A DNA stretch of 64,000 nt from Thermoplasmata archaeon (GCA_021789945.1 JAJYIS010000002.1:5379-69378); one strand, 5' to 3'; positions 49,234 to 58,904 are shown, counted from the stretch's first letter. Notes: generated from the letters alone by a model not told the origin. Program-made: numbers and translations.

Positions 49234-49779
49234 TCAGCCGATATCGTCTACGTTCATTCCGCACAGGGCTGACAGCTCCTCGTGAAGCTTCAACACCTTC
49301 AGAGCCGCATCTTGAAGGCCCTGTCTCACCAGCCAGCCGACGGCCTCCTTCACAGTTGTCCGTCTCGAGCCGGCAATGAGGTTGTCAGCGTGGGACACGA
49401 TCTTCTCCTCGAGCGTCTTCGGGGTGTAGTCCTTCTCGGGCAGCCCGAGCTTCTTCGCCTCCGCCCTGTCGATTCCGCCCCCGATGTGCCTCTCGATGAT
49501 CTTGACGACCTGGTCCGGCAGCTTAGCCTCGCTGGCGATCTCCGCCCCTCGGACGGCATGGTCTATCTTGTGCGACCTGCACCTGCCGAGATCGTGCAGA
49601 AGCGCCCCCGCCTCCACGAGCTTGATGTCGGCCTCGCACTTCCGCCCGATCTTGACCGCGAGGTCCGCGACGGCGACGCAGTGCCTGACGACCTGCTCGT
49701 CGCAGCCGTTCCCGACCAGCATGGCCAGGCATTCATCCCTCGTAGGGAGCCTTCTTCCTCCGCCCTCTCCTTCTGTCAA
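49234..49779 (-). CDS. HD-domain (HDIG) phosphohydrolase; start uncertain, may be the C-terminal part of Trm56
   Basis: H..AV, LLHDLG, HA..G, IERHIGGG, EEKIVSHAD. Confidence 0.85.
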   Translation of the reverse strand: MTEGEGGGRRLPTRDECLAMLVGNGCDEQVVRHCVAVADLAVKIGRKCEADIKLVEAGALLHDLGRCRSHKIDHAVRGAEIASEAKLPDQVVKIIERHIGGGIDRAEAKKLGLPEKDYTPKTLEEKIVSHADNLIAGSRRTTVKEAVGWLVRQGLQDAALKVLKLHEELSALCGMNVDDIG

Positions 49780-50272
49780 TGACAGTCTTCCCCCTTGGGT
49801 TCGGCACGACTGTGAGCCCACCCTCGAAGCTCCTCTCAAGCATCCCGCCGCCGAGATACCTGTCGAGGAATATAGCGAGCGCGGCGACCTCGGAGTGCGG
49901 CTGATTGCCGATTGAGATGTTCCTGTCCGCGAGGTCGTACACCTCCCGGGGGACCTTCTCAGCTCCGACGACGATCATCATGTCCCTGGTATCGAGCGTG
50001 GGCAGGGCCTCGGAAAGGCGCTCGCCGTACATGGTCAGATGGACCACCTGGCCCTTCCAGGCCTTGATCTCCTTGCGCCAGTCGACACCCGTCCTGATGG
50101 TGAATGCCCCTCCGAACCGCTCGACCACGCTGTTGACTGTCCTCTCGAGCCCTTCGTCCTTCGTCGATACGAGAATCCCGTCGGCCCCTAGGGCCCTCGC
50201 GGCGAGCGCGACATGCGTCGTAACGCGCTGGTCCCTGGCAGGCCGATGGCCGAGCCTTAGAACCATTATCAT
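49733..50272 (-). CDS. trm56: tRNA (cytidine(56)-2'-O)-methyltransferase
   Basis: LRLGHRPARDQRVTTH, HLTMYG, GAEKVP, GNQPHSEVAAL. Confidence 0.93.
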   Translation of the reverse strand: MIMVLRLGHRPARDQRVTTHVALAARALGADGILVSTKDEGLERTVNSVVERFGGAFTIRTGVDWRKEIKAWKGQVVHLTMYGERLSEALPTLDTRDMMIVVGAEKVPREVYDLADRNISIGNQPHSEVAALAIFLDRYLGGGMLERSFEGGLTVVPNPRGKTVIDRRRGRRKKAPYEG

Positions 50273-50291
50273 CGGACTGACTCCTCCGGGC

Positions 50292-50789
50292 TCACTCCTT
50301 GACCCGCTCGATTCTGTGGCCGCGATAATCGAGCTTCGTGCTCCGCTTCACGAGGCTCTTGAGCATCGTGAAGGTCACGCCGAGCACCTCGGCGACATCG
50401 CCGGCGAACTTGCCCTGGGTGCCGACCATGTCCACTATCTGCTTCTCGATCTTCTGGAACTCCTTCTCGTCCATGACCGCGGCCGCGAGCACATCGCTGA
50501 TCTCGTACACCGGCCAGGAGGCGTTTATGTGGAAGGAGGTGTAGTAGGTGTGATAGGCCTTCTCCGGCTGCTGCTCCGGGGAGGTCTGCCACCGGGTCTC
50601 GACGAGCTTCATCTTCTCGAAGAACAGGAGGGCCTCCTTGCCCGCTGGGCCGAACTGCTTCTCGATGTCGCGGACGGTGTGCCACTCAAGGGTGACTAGT
50701 TTGAGGACCTCGCGCTTGACCTTGGTGTCTACGGCCCGGAACATCGGCACGAGCTCTGCGGGCTCCGTGATAACCTTGATCCGGGTCAT
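50292..50789 (-). CDS. Conserved euryarchaeal ArsR-like HTH protein
   Basis: LVET.W.....PEKAYHT.Y and LVKRS.KL..RG.R patterns. Confidence 0.65.
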   Translation of the reverse strand: MTRIKVITEPAELVPMFRAVDTKVKREVLKLVTLEWHTVRDIEKQFGPAGKEALLFFEKMKLVETRWQTSPEQQPEKAYHTYYTSFHINASWPVYEISDVLAAAVMDEKEFQKIEKQIVDMVGTQGKFAGDVAEVLGVTFTMLKSLVKRSTKLDYRGHRIERVKE

Positions 50790-50972
50790 GGATTGACCCT
50801 ATCCGCCTGTGAGCATATAAGTCTAATTGGAATCACGGATGACGATTTCTGTCATGCTGGCTGACCCGATTTTCCATGTCCAAAACCACATCTTCCAGTG
50901 GACGGACCCGCCCGTCGGAGGGCGCGAGGTTTAAGTAACGCTTGTATCTATCGCGGGTGCGAGCGTGTCAAA

Positions 50973-51266
50973 ATGATGGTTAAGGATGTTAAGGACAAGT
51001 CGAAAATCGACGAGCTAGTCCTTACGATTGTCGAGAAGAAGGAGCCCAGGGAGTTCCAGTCGAAGTGGAGCGGGGCATCGGGGCGGGTATGCGACGCCAC
51101 TGGGCAGGACGACAATGGCGACACGATCGGCGTGAGCCTCTGGAACGAGGACATCGAGAAGGTCGAGGTCAACGCGAAGGTCAGGATAACGAACGGGTGG
51201 GCGTCCTCGTACAAGAGCAAGATGCAGGTCAGCGCCGGCAAGTTCGGGAAGCTCGAGGTCATCTGA
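50973..51266 (+). CDS. Single-OB-fold ssDNA-binding protein
   Basis: K.EPREF.....G.V.DA...D..G..I..SLWNE.........I.NG....YK...Q...GK.G. Confidence 0.82.
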   Translation: MMVKDVKDKSKIDELVLTIVEKKEPREFQSKWSGASGRVCDATGQDDNGDTIGVSLWNEDIEKVEVNAKVRITNGWASSYKSKMQVSAGKFGKLEVI

Positions 51267-51284
51267 GCCGGGTTCTTGTTTTCT

Positions 51285-51857
51285 TCACAGGGCCAAGGCG
51301 ACCAGAGCCATCGCTGCGGCCGGGAACACCAGCATCGTGAAGTCGTCGTCGACATAGCGCGTCTTGAGCGCCTCAGAGGGTATCGCCACGCACGCCCCCA
51401 CGACGGCGATGAGCGCGCGCCCGAGGACATCGAGCTCGTTCCACGCTGTCATGCCGACATAGGCCAGCACCACGTATGCGATGGCCGCAACCGCCACCGT
51501 GACTGGCTTCTGCCCGTACCTCGACCTCAGCTCGCCCGCGAGCGGGTCGACAACGGCCACGCCGAACAGCGCGGCCGTGGCAGGACCCTTTGGGACGAGC
51601 CAGAGCGCAATGACGATTCCCAGGGCCGCCCATGCAAACGAGGCAGTGCTCGTCTTCTCGTGAGGCCTCAGGCCGAGGAAGGTCCTGCCGGTCGTCTTTC
51701 GCCAGAAGTCGAACACGGAGAGGATCGCGAGGAAGACCACGAGGACGACCCATCGGTCCACGCCGATGTAGGGCAGGTCCTCGGGCAACAGGAAATAGGC
51801 GGGAGCCAGGGCTATCAGCAGATGCATCGACCGCCTGACCAGGACATCCTTCTGCAC
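51285..51857 (-). CDS. Dolichol/phytol kinase-like membrane protein
   Basis: RR..H, LRPHE, DP.AG, DDDF. Confidence 0.72.
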   Translation of the reverse strand: MQKDVLVRRSMHLLIALAPAYFLLPEDLPYIGVDRWVVLVVFLAILSVFDFWRKTTGRTFLGLRPHEKTSTASFAWAALGIVIALWLVPKGPATAALFGVAVVDPLAGELRSRYGQKPVTVAVAAIAYVVLAYVGMTAWNELDVLGRALIAVVGACVAIPSEALKTRYVDDDFTMLVFPAAAMALVALAL

Positions 51858-51909
51858 GGCTAGTGACCGCTCCTCGAACGGCGCATGGGCGACTTAATGA
51901 TTCCCGGGC

Positions 51910-53376
51910 TCAGAACTGCGTGGCCGACCACTTGCGGTCGATCCCCCGGTAGAAGAAGAGGGTGGATATCGCCAGTGAGCCGCAGACCAGGGCGATCCCG
52001 AGGAACGCCACGAGCCAGTCAGCCCGAAGGCTGAAGGACAGAATCGTGAGGCAGAGGTCCGGGAAGAAGGATAGCAGGCTGAACTTCATGAGCACCGAGG
52101 TGTCGAAGAGGAAGGTGTTCGTCTTCAGGCCCGTCAGGTACGCTGTCATGACGACCATGTAGAGCGATGTGACGAACATGACGATGAGCGCCAGCCAGAG
52201 CAGGTTCGTCTCGCCGTTCAGGACGGAGATCGCCACGACGAAGAACGCGGAGATGCCCAGTGTCAGGAGCAGGAAGACAGTCACCCTGGCCTTGATTAGC
52301 CTCGGGACGGTCACCGGCAGCGTCGAGTAGTACTCGGACAGGTCGATGTTGTTCAGCCAGCTGTACATCATCACCCCCACGAACCCGACCATCGCGGCGT
52401 AGAACACCGCGTTGAACCCGACGGGGATCGCGAGCCCGTAGTTCACGAACCACACGGTGAAGGACAGGAACAGGAGGGGCAGCACGAACGAAAAGAACAT
52501 CTTCGCGACCGTCCCGCTCCTCCTCAGGTCGACGAACTCCTTTGAGATGAGCGCGCGGCCCTCCTCGCCGAACCAGCCGGCCTTCGAGTAGTACCTGGGC
52601 AGGAGGTTGCCGTATGACTGCGTCACGATGCTTATCCTGACCTCTACAAACGCATAGGCGAGGGCGGTCATCAGAACGGTCGCGGCGATCGCGACGGCCA
52701 TGAAGACCAGCGCGCTCCCGATGTGCACCGGGAACGGCCTCACATTCATCTGGAATCCGAGCGAGGGCATGACATACTCCGGCCCGATCACACCGACGAC
52801 GCCGAAGAGGACGAAGATTACTGCGATTGCAGCCGTGAGCACGAGGAACGCCTTCACGTTCCTGATGTAGACGACCGACACCAGGAAGCTGAGGGACATC
52901 CCGAACATGAAGGTCGTGAGAATCGCGACGAAGAACACGCCGATGCTGGTTATCGCGAACCCCATGAACGGGGCCGCGGCCACCAGGCCCAACGTGGCGG
53001 GCACCAGCATCAGGACGATGTAGAACACGGCATCCCTGAGGTAGATTCCGAGGAACGTCGTCTTGAACGAGAGCGGGAGCAGGTACGGCATCGCAACGAG
53101 GTAGTTGCTCCGGCCGTAGCGCCTTTCGAGGTACTCGCGCCCCATCAGACCGAACGCCCCGACGCTCAGGCCATACATGAACACGGATATGTGAGCGAAT
53201 ATTGCGAACTGCCCAAGGGTGACCGTCTGGAGCATCTTGTCCATGGTCAGCCCGCTCCCGAGCGAGAGGACGAACACGAACACGGGGAACATCATGAATC
53301 GGCTCCTGCCGGAGTAGTTCGTGTGCGTCCTGAACTCCTCCTTGAGCATCAGCTTCAGGAGATCCTTCGCGGTCAT
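51910..53376 (-). CDS. ABC exporter permease (two-module membrane protein)
   Basis: Highly hydrophobic, with duplicated KE.. and LP.....L..A motifs; coupled to an ATPase. Confidence 0.7.
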   Translation of the reverse strand: MTAKDLLKLMLKEEFRTHTNYSGRSRFMMFPVFVFVLSLGSGLTMDKMLQTVTLGQFAIFAHISVFMYGLSVGAFGLMGREYLERRYGRSNYLVAMPYLLPLSFKTTFLGIYLRDAVFYIVLMLVPATLGLVAAAPFMGFAITSIGVFFVAILTTFMFGMSLSFLVSVVYIRNVKAFLVLTAAIAVIFVLFGVVGVIGPEYVMPSLGFQMNVRPFPVHIGSALVFMAVAIAATVLMTALAYAFVEVRISIVTQSYGNLLPRYYSKAGWFGEEGRALISKEFVDLRRSGTVAKMFFSFVLPLLFLSFTVWFVNYGLAIPVGFNAVFYAAMVGFVGVMMYSWLNNIDLSEYYSTLPVTVPRLIKARVTVFLLLTLGISAFFVVAISVLNGETNLLWLALIVMFVTSLYMVVMTAYLTGLKTNTFLFDTSVLMKFSLLSFFPDLCLTILSFSLRADWLVAFLGIALVCGSLAISTLFFYRGIDRKWSATQF

Positions 53377-54101
53377 TCCCCCTTTCCGGGGAGCACACCG
53401 ACGGACCTCATGAAGAGCTGCTCGAGGCTCTCGCCGCCCTTCAGCAGCTCGTCCATGCTTCCCCTGGCCACCACCTTCCCGAGGTTCACGATCGCCAGCC
53501 GGTTGCAGAGCCTCTCGGAGATCTCCAGGATGTGCGAGGCCATGAACACGGTGCCGCCCTTGCCGACGTACTCCTCGAGGTAGTCCCTGAGCGTGCGCTG
53601 GTAGATCGGGTCGAGGTTGATGAACGGCTCATCGAGGAACAGAAGCTTGGGCTCGTGGATGAACGCCGACGCGAGCATTATCTTCTGGCGCATGCCCTTC
53701 GACATGTCCTTGCAGATCGTGCCCTTCTTCGATTCGAGGTCGAAGAACGACAGCCACTTCTCGATGCGGTCCTCCAGGTTGTCGAGCTTGCGGACCTTGC
53801 CGACGAAGTAGAGGTACTCGTACCCGGTGAGATAGCTCGGAGGGCTCTCGACCTCGGGGACGATGCCTATGAGCTCCTTCACCTTGAGCGGGTTCTTCAC
53901 GACATCCACCCCGAGCACCTCGGCCGAGCCCGAGGTCGGCTCGAGCTGGCCCGTGAGTATCCTGATCAGCGTGGACTTGCCCGCGCCGTTCGGACCGAAG
54001 AAGCCGAAGAAGTCTCCCTGGTCCACGGCTATGGATACCTTGTCTAGGGCCCTGAGGCCGTTGAAATCCTTCACGATGTCGCTCGCCTGCAGGACTCGCA
54101 T
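53373..54101 (-). CDS. ABC exporter ATP-binding protein
   Basis: GPNGAGKST, SKGMRQK, LDEP, SH. Confidence 0.9.
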   Translation of the reverse strand: MRVLQASDIVKDFNGLRALDKVSIAVDQGDFFGFFGPNGAGKSTLIRILTGQLEPTSGSAEVLGVDVVKNPLKVKELIGIVPEVESPPSYLTGYEYLYFVGKVRKLDNLEDRIEKWLSFFDLESKKGTICKDMSKGMRQKIMLASAFIHEPKLLFLDEPFINLDPIYQRTLRDYLEEYVGKGGTVFMASHILEISERLCNRLAIVNLGKVVARGSMDELLKGGESLEQLFMRSVGVLPGKGE

Positions 54102-54241
54102 GGTCACCTACACGATTCTCGCGTCGTTATATCAAATTTGGTCAGGCACCTCCAACCAGCCAATTTGTTGTCTCGGCCTCATTCAAATATCTCTAAATGC
54201 TATCATGTAGCACGTCATAGGCCTGAGAGACCGCGCCACGG

Positions 54242-54571
54242 ATGGTAATGAAGATGAAGGGAAAGCCAATCAGGTCCGTGCTCACGAGCAAGATCGAGAC
54301 CGAGATAGACCTGCTTCAGAGGCATGTAGCCATGCTGAAGGCGATCATGGACAACGAGCCGATAGGCATCATCAGGCTAGCGGAGATGCTGAAGTACCCG
54401 CAGCACAAGGTGCGCTATTCCCTCAGGATACTCGAGCAGGAGGGCCTGATAGAGCCGTCGCCGGACGGCGCGGTCACCACCGAGAAGATACAGGACTTCC
54501 TGGACCACCTGAAGGAGATCCTCGAGTCGATGAGCAATACGGTCAATGAGCTGCGGGAGTCGATCGAGTAG
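54242..54571 (+). CDS. Conserved winged-helix protein
   Basis: EPIGIIRLAE....PQHKVRYSLRILEQEGLIEPS..GA. Confidence 0.75.
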   Translation: MVMKMKGKPIRSVLTSKIETEIDLLQRHVAMLKAIMDNEPIGIIRLAEMLKYPQHKVRYSLRILEQEGLIEPSPDGAVTTEKIQDFLDHLKEILESMSNTVNELRESIE

Positions 54572-54668
54572 GCCTTGGCTCCCGCGCCCAGTGTTTTGGA
54601 CTCCAGGACTCACCCGGCATTTACAAAAGGCTTATCTAACCGGTCATTCTAACGCGCGCACACATAAC

Positions 54669-54744
54669 GCCGTCGTAGCTCAGTCGGTAGAGCGTCCGCC
54701 TGTTAAGCGGAAGGTCAACGGTTCGAAACCGTTCGACGGCGCCA
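54669..54744 (+). tRNA. tRNA-Asn(GTT), CCA encoded
   Basis: GCCGTCG/CGACGGC acceptor, TCCGC-CT-GTT-AA-GCGGA, AACGG-TTCGAAA-CCGTT. Confidence 0.95.
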
Positions 54745-55743
54745 TCACATTATCAACCTGACCCGTTTTCTGACCCTGTCCCTGAAGAAGAGCAACACCG
54801 ACTTCCCACGGACCATCCTGTTCAGGTCGACGAGGAAGACGATCCCGACCAGCGAGACGACCGCCATGCCGAGCACTCCGCCGAGCTCGAGCACGAACCC
54901 CAGCATCACCAGGAAGGACATCAGCCCAGCGGCGAAGCTCGCTTTCTGAGGCTCGTTCCCTCCCTGGCCCATCTTGTGCTGGAGGAGGAGCATCGTGCCC
55001 GCGCAGGAGGTGAGCAGAAGCGCGATCGTCCCCAGCGGGTGTATCCCCCTCGTGAATATCGCGGACGCGATCACGAAATCGCCGCTGATGAACAGGAGGC
55101 CCAGGAAGAAGAACTTCCACGGCTTCCAGGTCGGCATCGGATGGCGCGCGGACACTATGCCCACGGGGGCCATCCTCGCGACGAGTATCAGGAACGCGAC
55201 GATCGCGATGGAGAGCAGGTATTGGGCGAGGTTGGGCACATAGTTGAACAGGAGCAGTGCGGCGTATATCTCGATGTCCAGGGTGAACAGTATCATCACG
55301 ACGGCGAACTGCTTCTCCGTGAGGATCCTCGACCGCTTGAACTCAGGGTACGCTAGCCCGAAGATCAGGATCGGGAGGGAGATGCTGATGGTCGAGTGGT
55401 ATATGGTGAGCCAGACCGCCCACACCCAGTTGGTGCTCCAGTATCGCCCGTAAACTCCGAGGTCGCCCAGGTCCATCCACCCGGGGTCGAAGAAGCTCTT
55501 GACGGCCAGGCCCTCCTCGATTATCGCGTACGCGGCTCCGAGGATGATCACGCTCGCCCAGCCCCTGTCCCACCTCACGGACAGCTCGCGCACGAGCAAG
55601 ACGCCGGCGCCGTACATCCCCAGGAGGCCGATGAACGAGATCGGATTGAAGAACTCCAGAGGAGGCGACGAGCCTGACATGAGCTCCGCGATGATCGGGG
55701 ACAGGAGCGCGAGGAACCAGACCGCCTTGCCCTTGTCTGTCAC
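54745..55743 (-). CDS. Polytopic membrane protein of unknown function
   Basis: SP.IAEL..GS, LLVRE, IIEEGL..KSFF, YH..IS; multiple TMs. Confidence 0.7.
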   Translation of the reverse strand: MTDKGKAVWFLALLSPIIAELMSGSSPPLEFFNPISFIGLLGMYGAGVLLVRELSVRWDRGWASVIILGAAYAIIEEGLAVKSFFDPGWMDLGDLGVYGRYWSTNWVWAVWLTIYHSTISISLPILIFGLAYPEFKRSRILTEKQFAVVMILFTLDIEIYAALLLFNYVPNLAQYLLSIAIVAFLILVARMAPVGIVSARHPMPTWKPWKFFFLGLLFISGDFVIASAIFTRGIHPLGTIALLLTSCAGTMLLLQHKMGQGGNEPQKASFAAGLMSFLVMLGFVLELGGVLGMAVVSLVGIVFLVDLNRMVRGKSVLLFFRDRVRKRVRLIM

Positions 55744-55867
55744 GTGTGAAAAGACGCCCCAGCCAGGATATTAACCCCGATGAGCTCGTTCTCGGCCCTG
55801 ATTTTAAGGCTCAAATGCCAAATATCGACCCGCCCATCCAAAAGTCAAGTTTGCGGAGGCCAGAAGA

Positions 55868-56326
55868 ATGGCTGAATTGAATGTGGGAGATGTCGCCCCT
55901 GACTTCGAGTTGGAGGACCAGGGCGGAAAGAAGGTCAAGCTGAGCCAGTACAGAGGAAGGAAGAACGTCCTGCTCGCGTTCTTCCCGTTCGCGTTCAGCC
56001 CCGTGTGCACGAACGAGCTGGGGGAGCTGAAGGAGAAGGAGGAATCGATCCTGAAGCTGGACACCCAGATACTGGCCGCGAGCGTGGACAGCACGTGGAC
56101 CCAGAAAGCGTTCGCGAAGGACCTCGGGGTGAAGTTCCCCGTCCTAAGCGACTTCGGGAGAAAGGCCGTGGCGCTCTACGGCGCGTACTACGAGGACAAG
56201 GGGTTCGCCAAGAGGACCGTGTTCGTGATCGACAAGCAGGGGAAGGTCGTCTACAAGAGGCAGTACGAGCCAGGCACGCAGCCAGACATCCAGGACGCGC
56301 TTGCCGTTCTAAAGAAGTTGAAGTAG
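55868..56326 (+). CDS. 1-Cys peroxiredoxin (AhpE/BCP-like)
   Basis: [27 protein letters not shown]. Confidence 0.88.
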   Translation: MAELNVGDVAPDFELEDQGGKKVKLSQYRGRKNVLLAFFPFAFSPVCTNELGELKEKEESILKLDTQILAASVDSTWTQKAFAKDLGVKFPVLSDFGRKAVALYGAYYEDKGFAKRTVFVIDKQGKVVYKRQYEPGTQPDIQDALAVLKKLK

Positions 56327-56415
56327 CCCAGTTGGCGGACAACAAGGCTTAAGGCCCCCATCGTTCTAGCTAAGGGTCCGAGCAGCAGAATGCTCGGCGT
56401 GCACCGGTGAAGCGT

Positions 56416-56973
56416 ATGGCATGGATCAAGACGGCGGACCCCGACGAGGCGAAGGGCAAGACCAAGAAGGTCTATGACAAGATCATGAGCGAGAGAGGGC
56501 ACTTAGCGAACATCTTCCTCGCTCAGGGGATCGACCCTGAGGTGCTCGAGCAGCACCTGGGGCTGTACCAGTCAGTCATGCTCGGCCCCGGACCCCTGTC
56601 GAGAGAGGAGCGGGAGATGATCGCGGTCATCGTCTCGGCGGCCAACCAATCGGCATACGGAGCGATACATCATTCAGAGGCCTTGGAGAGTGTCGACAAG
56701 GACCCCGCCGCACTGAGCAAGCTGCTGAAGGAGTTCATGGCCAAGCGCGAGAGCACGAGGGAGAAGGCCCTCCTGGCATATGCCGCGAAGCTCACGATCT
56801 CGCCGAAGGACATAACGAGGAACGACATCAAGGACCTGAGAGACGCTGGCCTGAGCGACGAGGAGATCCTTCGAGCGAACCTCATCGCGAGCTACTTCAA
56901 CTTCTCGAACAGGATCGCGCTCGGCCTCGGGGTCGAACTAGAAGAGGGCAAGGAGCGGACGTATAAGTACTGA
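56416..56973 (+). CDS. AhpD/CMD-fold peroxidase-related protein lacking catalytic cysteines
   Basis: EREMIAVIVSAANQSAYGAIHH (CxYC replaced), YAAKLT..P, YFNFSNR. Confidence 0.78.
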   Translation: MAWIKTADPDEAKGKTKKVYDKIMSERGHLANIFLAQGIDPEVLEQHLGLYQSVMLGPGPLSREEREMIAVIVSAANQSAYGAIHHSEALESVDKDPAALSKLLKEFMAKRESTREKALLAYAAKLTISPKDITRNDIKDLRDAGLSDEEILRANLIASYFNFSNRIALGLGVELEEGKERTYKY

Positions 56974-57047
56974 TTGGGAGAGCTGGCGCCGCCCCAGGAC
57001 CGGCACAAAAGCCTAATTATACGCCCTGTGTTTATGTGCTTCCGCAC

Positions 57048-57121
57048 GGGCCCGTAGCTTAGTCCGGCGGAGCGATTGGCTCATAACCAGTTGGTCATCG
57101 GTTCAAATCCGATCGGGCCCA
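57048..57121 (+). tRNA. tRNA with CAT anticodon, most likely tRNA-Ile2 (agmatidine-modified)
   Basis: GGGCCCG/CGGGCCC+A acceptor typical of archaeal Ile tRNAs; ATTGG-CT-CAT-AA-CCAGT; no initiator A1-U72 pair or GGG/CCC anticodon stem. Confidence 0.85.
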
Positions 57122-57325
57122 CTCTCGATTTTCGTCGCGCTCTGACCATGGCCTTTGCCGACTCTGGTATTGGCGGCGGGGAGGAAACACGGTTCTCGAA
57201 ATGACACCAACCCGGGCTGTCGAACCCGAATCGCTTAATAGGGTCGAGGCATCCCCACCCCAGCAGGCCGGGGAAGAAGAGGGGGCGCCACTGGGCATTC
57301 CCTTCTGCCATAGGAGGGGACATAG

Positions 57326-58546
57326 TTGATAGACGCGGGAAACACGGGTTTCATGCTTGTGGCCACGAGCCTGGTTATGCTGATGACACCAGGCCTGGCG
57401 TTCTTCTACGGAGGGCTCGTCGGCAGGAAGAATGTCTTGGCGATAATGATCCAGAGCTTCGTCTCAATGGGGATAGTCGACGTCATCTGGTTCACGGTGG
57501 GCTATTCGCTCTGCTTCAGCGGAGGGCACGGGGCAATATACGGCAACCTCGACATGGCCTTCCTCAACGGAGTCACGCCCAGCTCGGAGTTCGGAGACGT
57601 CGCCGGGGGGGCGCACATACCGCTCTATGTCTTCATCGCCTACCAGATGATGTTCGCGATCATCACGCCTGCTCTGATAAGCGGCGCGTTCACGAACCGC
57701 GTGAGGTTCAAGGCATACCTGATCTTCCTCGTCGCCTGGACGCTCTTCGTCTACTTCCCGTTCGTACACATGATCTGGGGCGGAGGCCTTCTCTCGACCT
57801 GGAAGGTGCAGGACTTCGCGGGCGGGATAGTGGTTCATGCCATCGCAGGCACGGCTGCCCTCGCATCGGTTCTCTTCATCGGAAGAAGGAAGATCTCGGA
57901 GTCCGGCCCGCACAGCCTCCCGCTGGTGGCTCTGGGGACCGGGCTGCTCTGGTTCGGATGGTACGGATTCAATGCGGGGAGCGAGCTCAAGGTGGACCAC
58001 ATAACAGCTCTGGCATTCCTTAACACAGACCTGGCGGCATCTGTCGCCTCGGTCACATGGCTCGCGATGGCCTGGATCTTCGAGAAGAAGCCGAAGTTTC
58101 TGGGCTTGCTGACAGGCGCCGTGGCCGGCCTGGCGACGATCACGCCGGCTGCGGGATTCGTCTCGCCTTCAGCGGCCATGGCCATCGGCTTCATGGCCGG
58201 GATCGTATGCTATGGTGCGATCTGGTTCAAGAACAAGATGAACTGGGACGATGCGCTGGATGTGTGGGGAGTTCACGGAGTCGGAGGAGTCCTCGGCACT
58301 CTGGCGGTCGGAGTGTTCGCGTGGAGCGCGATGAACCCGGCCAGCGAGAACGGGCTCCTGCACGGCAACCCGGGCTTCCTGGGCGTGCAGATGGCTGCAG
58401 TGGCGATCGCTGTCGCATGGGCGTTCGCCTTCACCTACGGAATGCTCTGGATCATCAACAAGATCACGCCAGTGAGAGTCTCCGAGGCGGGAGAGGAGAT
58501 GGGGCTGGACGTGGCGGAGCACGGCGAGAGCGCATACCTGGAGTAG
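57326..58546 (+). CDS. amtB: Ammonium transporter
   Basis: MTPGLAFFYGG, QMMFAIIT, DFAGG.VVH, LLWFGWYGFNAGS, DDALDVWGVHG, E..GLD..EHGE.AY. Confidence 0.95.
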   Translation: MIDAGNTGFMLVATSLVMLMTPGLAFFYGGLVGRKNVLAIMIQSFVSMGIVDVIWFTVGYSLCFSGGHGAIYGNLDMAFLNGVTPSSEFGDVAGGAHIPLYVFIAYQMMFAIITPALISGAFTNRVRFKAYLIFLVAWTLFVYFPFVHMIWGGGLLSTWKVQDFAGGIVVHAIAGTAALASVLFIGRRKISESGPHSLPLVALGTGLLWFGWYGFNAGSELKVDHITALAFLNTDLAASVASVTWLAMAWIFEKKPKFLGLLTGAVAGLATITPAAGFVSPSAAMAIGFMAGIVCYGAIWFKNKMNWDDALDVWGVHGVGGVLGTLAVGVFAWSAMNPASENGLLHGNPGFLGVQMAAVAIAVAWAFAFTYGMLWIINKITPVRVSEAGEEMGLDVAEHGESAYLE

Positions 58547-58706
58547 TCAGGAACCAATGCCCTGACCTATGCTCCTCGCCAGGGCGCTTCGACCTCTTCA
58601 TACATCGGAATCTAGCTCTCGCTCACTCATCAGATAATGAAAAACCGAAATCGATCTATAAGTTTTCAGCAATCAAACGTTCTCGAGAAATACAGGCACT
58701 GCTAAT

Positions 58707-58880
58707 CTAGAACCTTCGTGGCGGCCTGTGCTTCTGATAACATTCCTTGCAGTACACGGGCCTACCCTCGGTCGGCTTGAATGGCACCTGTGCCTCCGCT
58801 CCGCAGTCAGAGCACTTCACTGTGTGCATCTCCCTCGGCCTGTCGAAGCCGCGGTCTGACCTGCGTGGTCTGTCGTCCAT
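58707..58880 (-). CDS. CxxC-x17-CxxC zinc-ribbon microprotein (57 aa)
   Basis: AAGGAGG SD; PREMH...CSDCG....VPFKP..GRPVYCKECY. Confidence 0.88.
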   Translation of the reverse strand: MDDRPRRSDRGFDRPREMHTVKCSDCGAEAQVPFKPTEGRPVYCKECYQKHRPPRRF

Positions 58881-58904
58881 TAGGACTACCTCCTTATTAT
58901 CTCC

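Noticed and set aside
57048-57121. Initiator or elongator tRNA-Met
   Set aside because: It lacks initiator hallmarks, and the GGGCCC acceptor matches archaeal Ile tRNAs.
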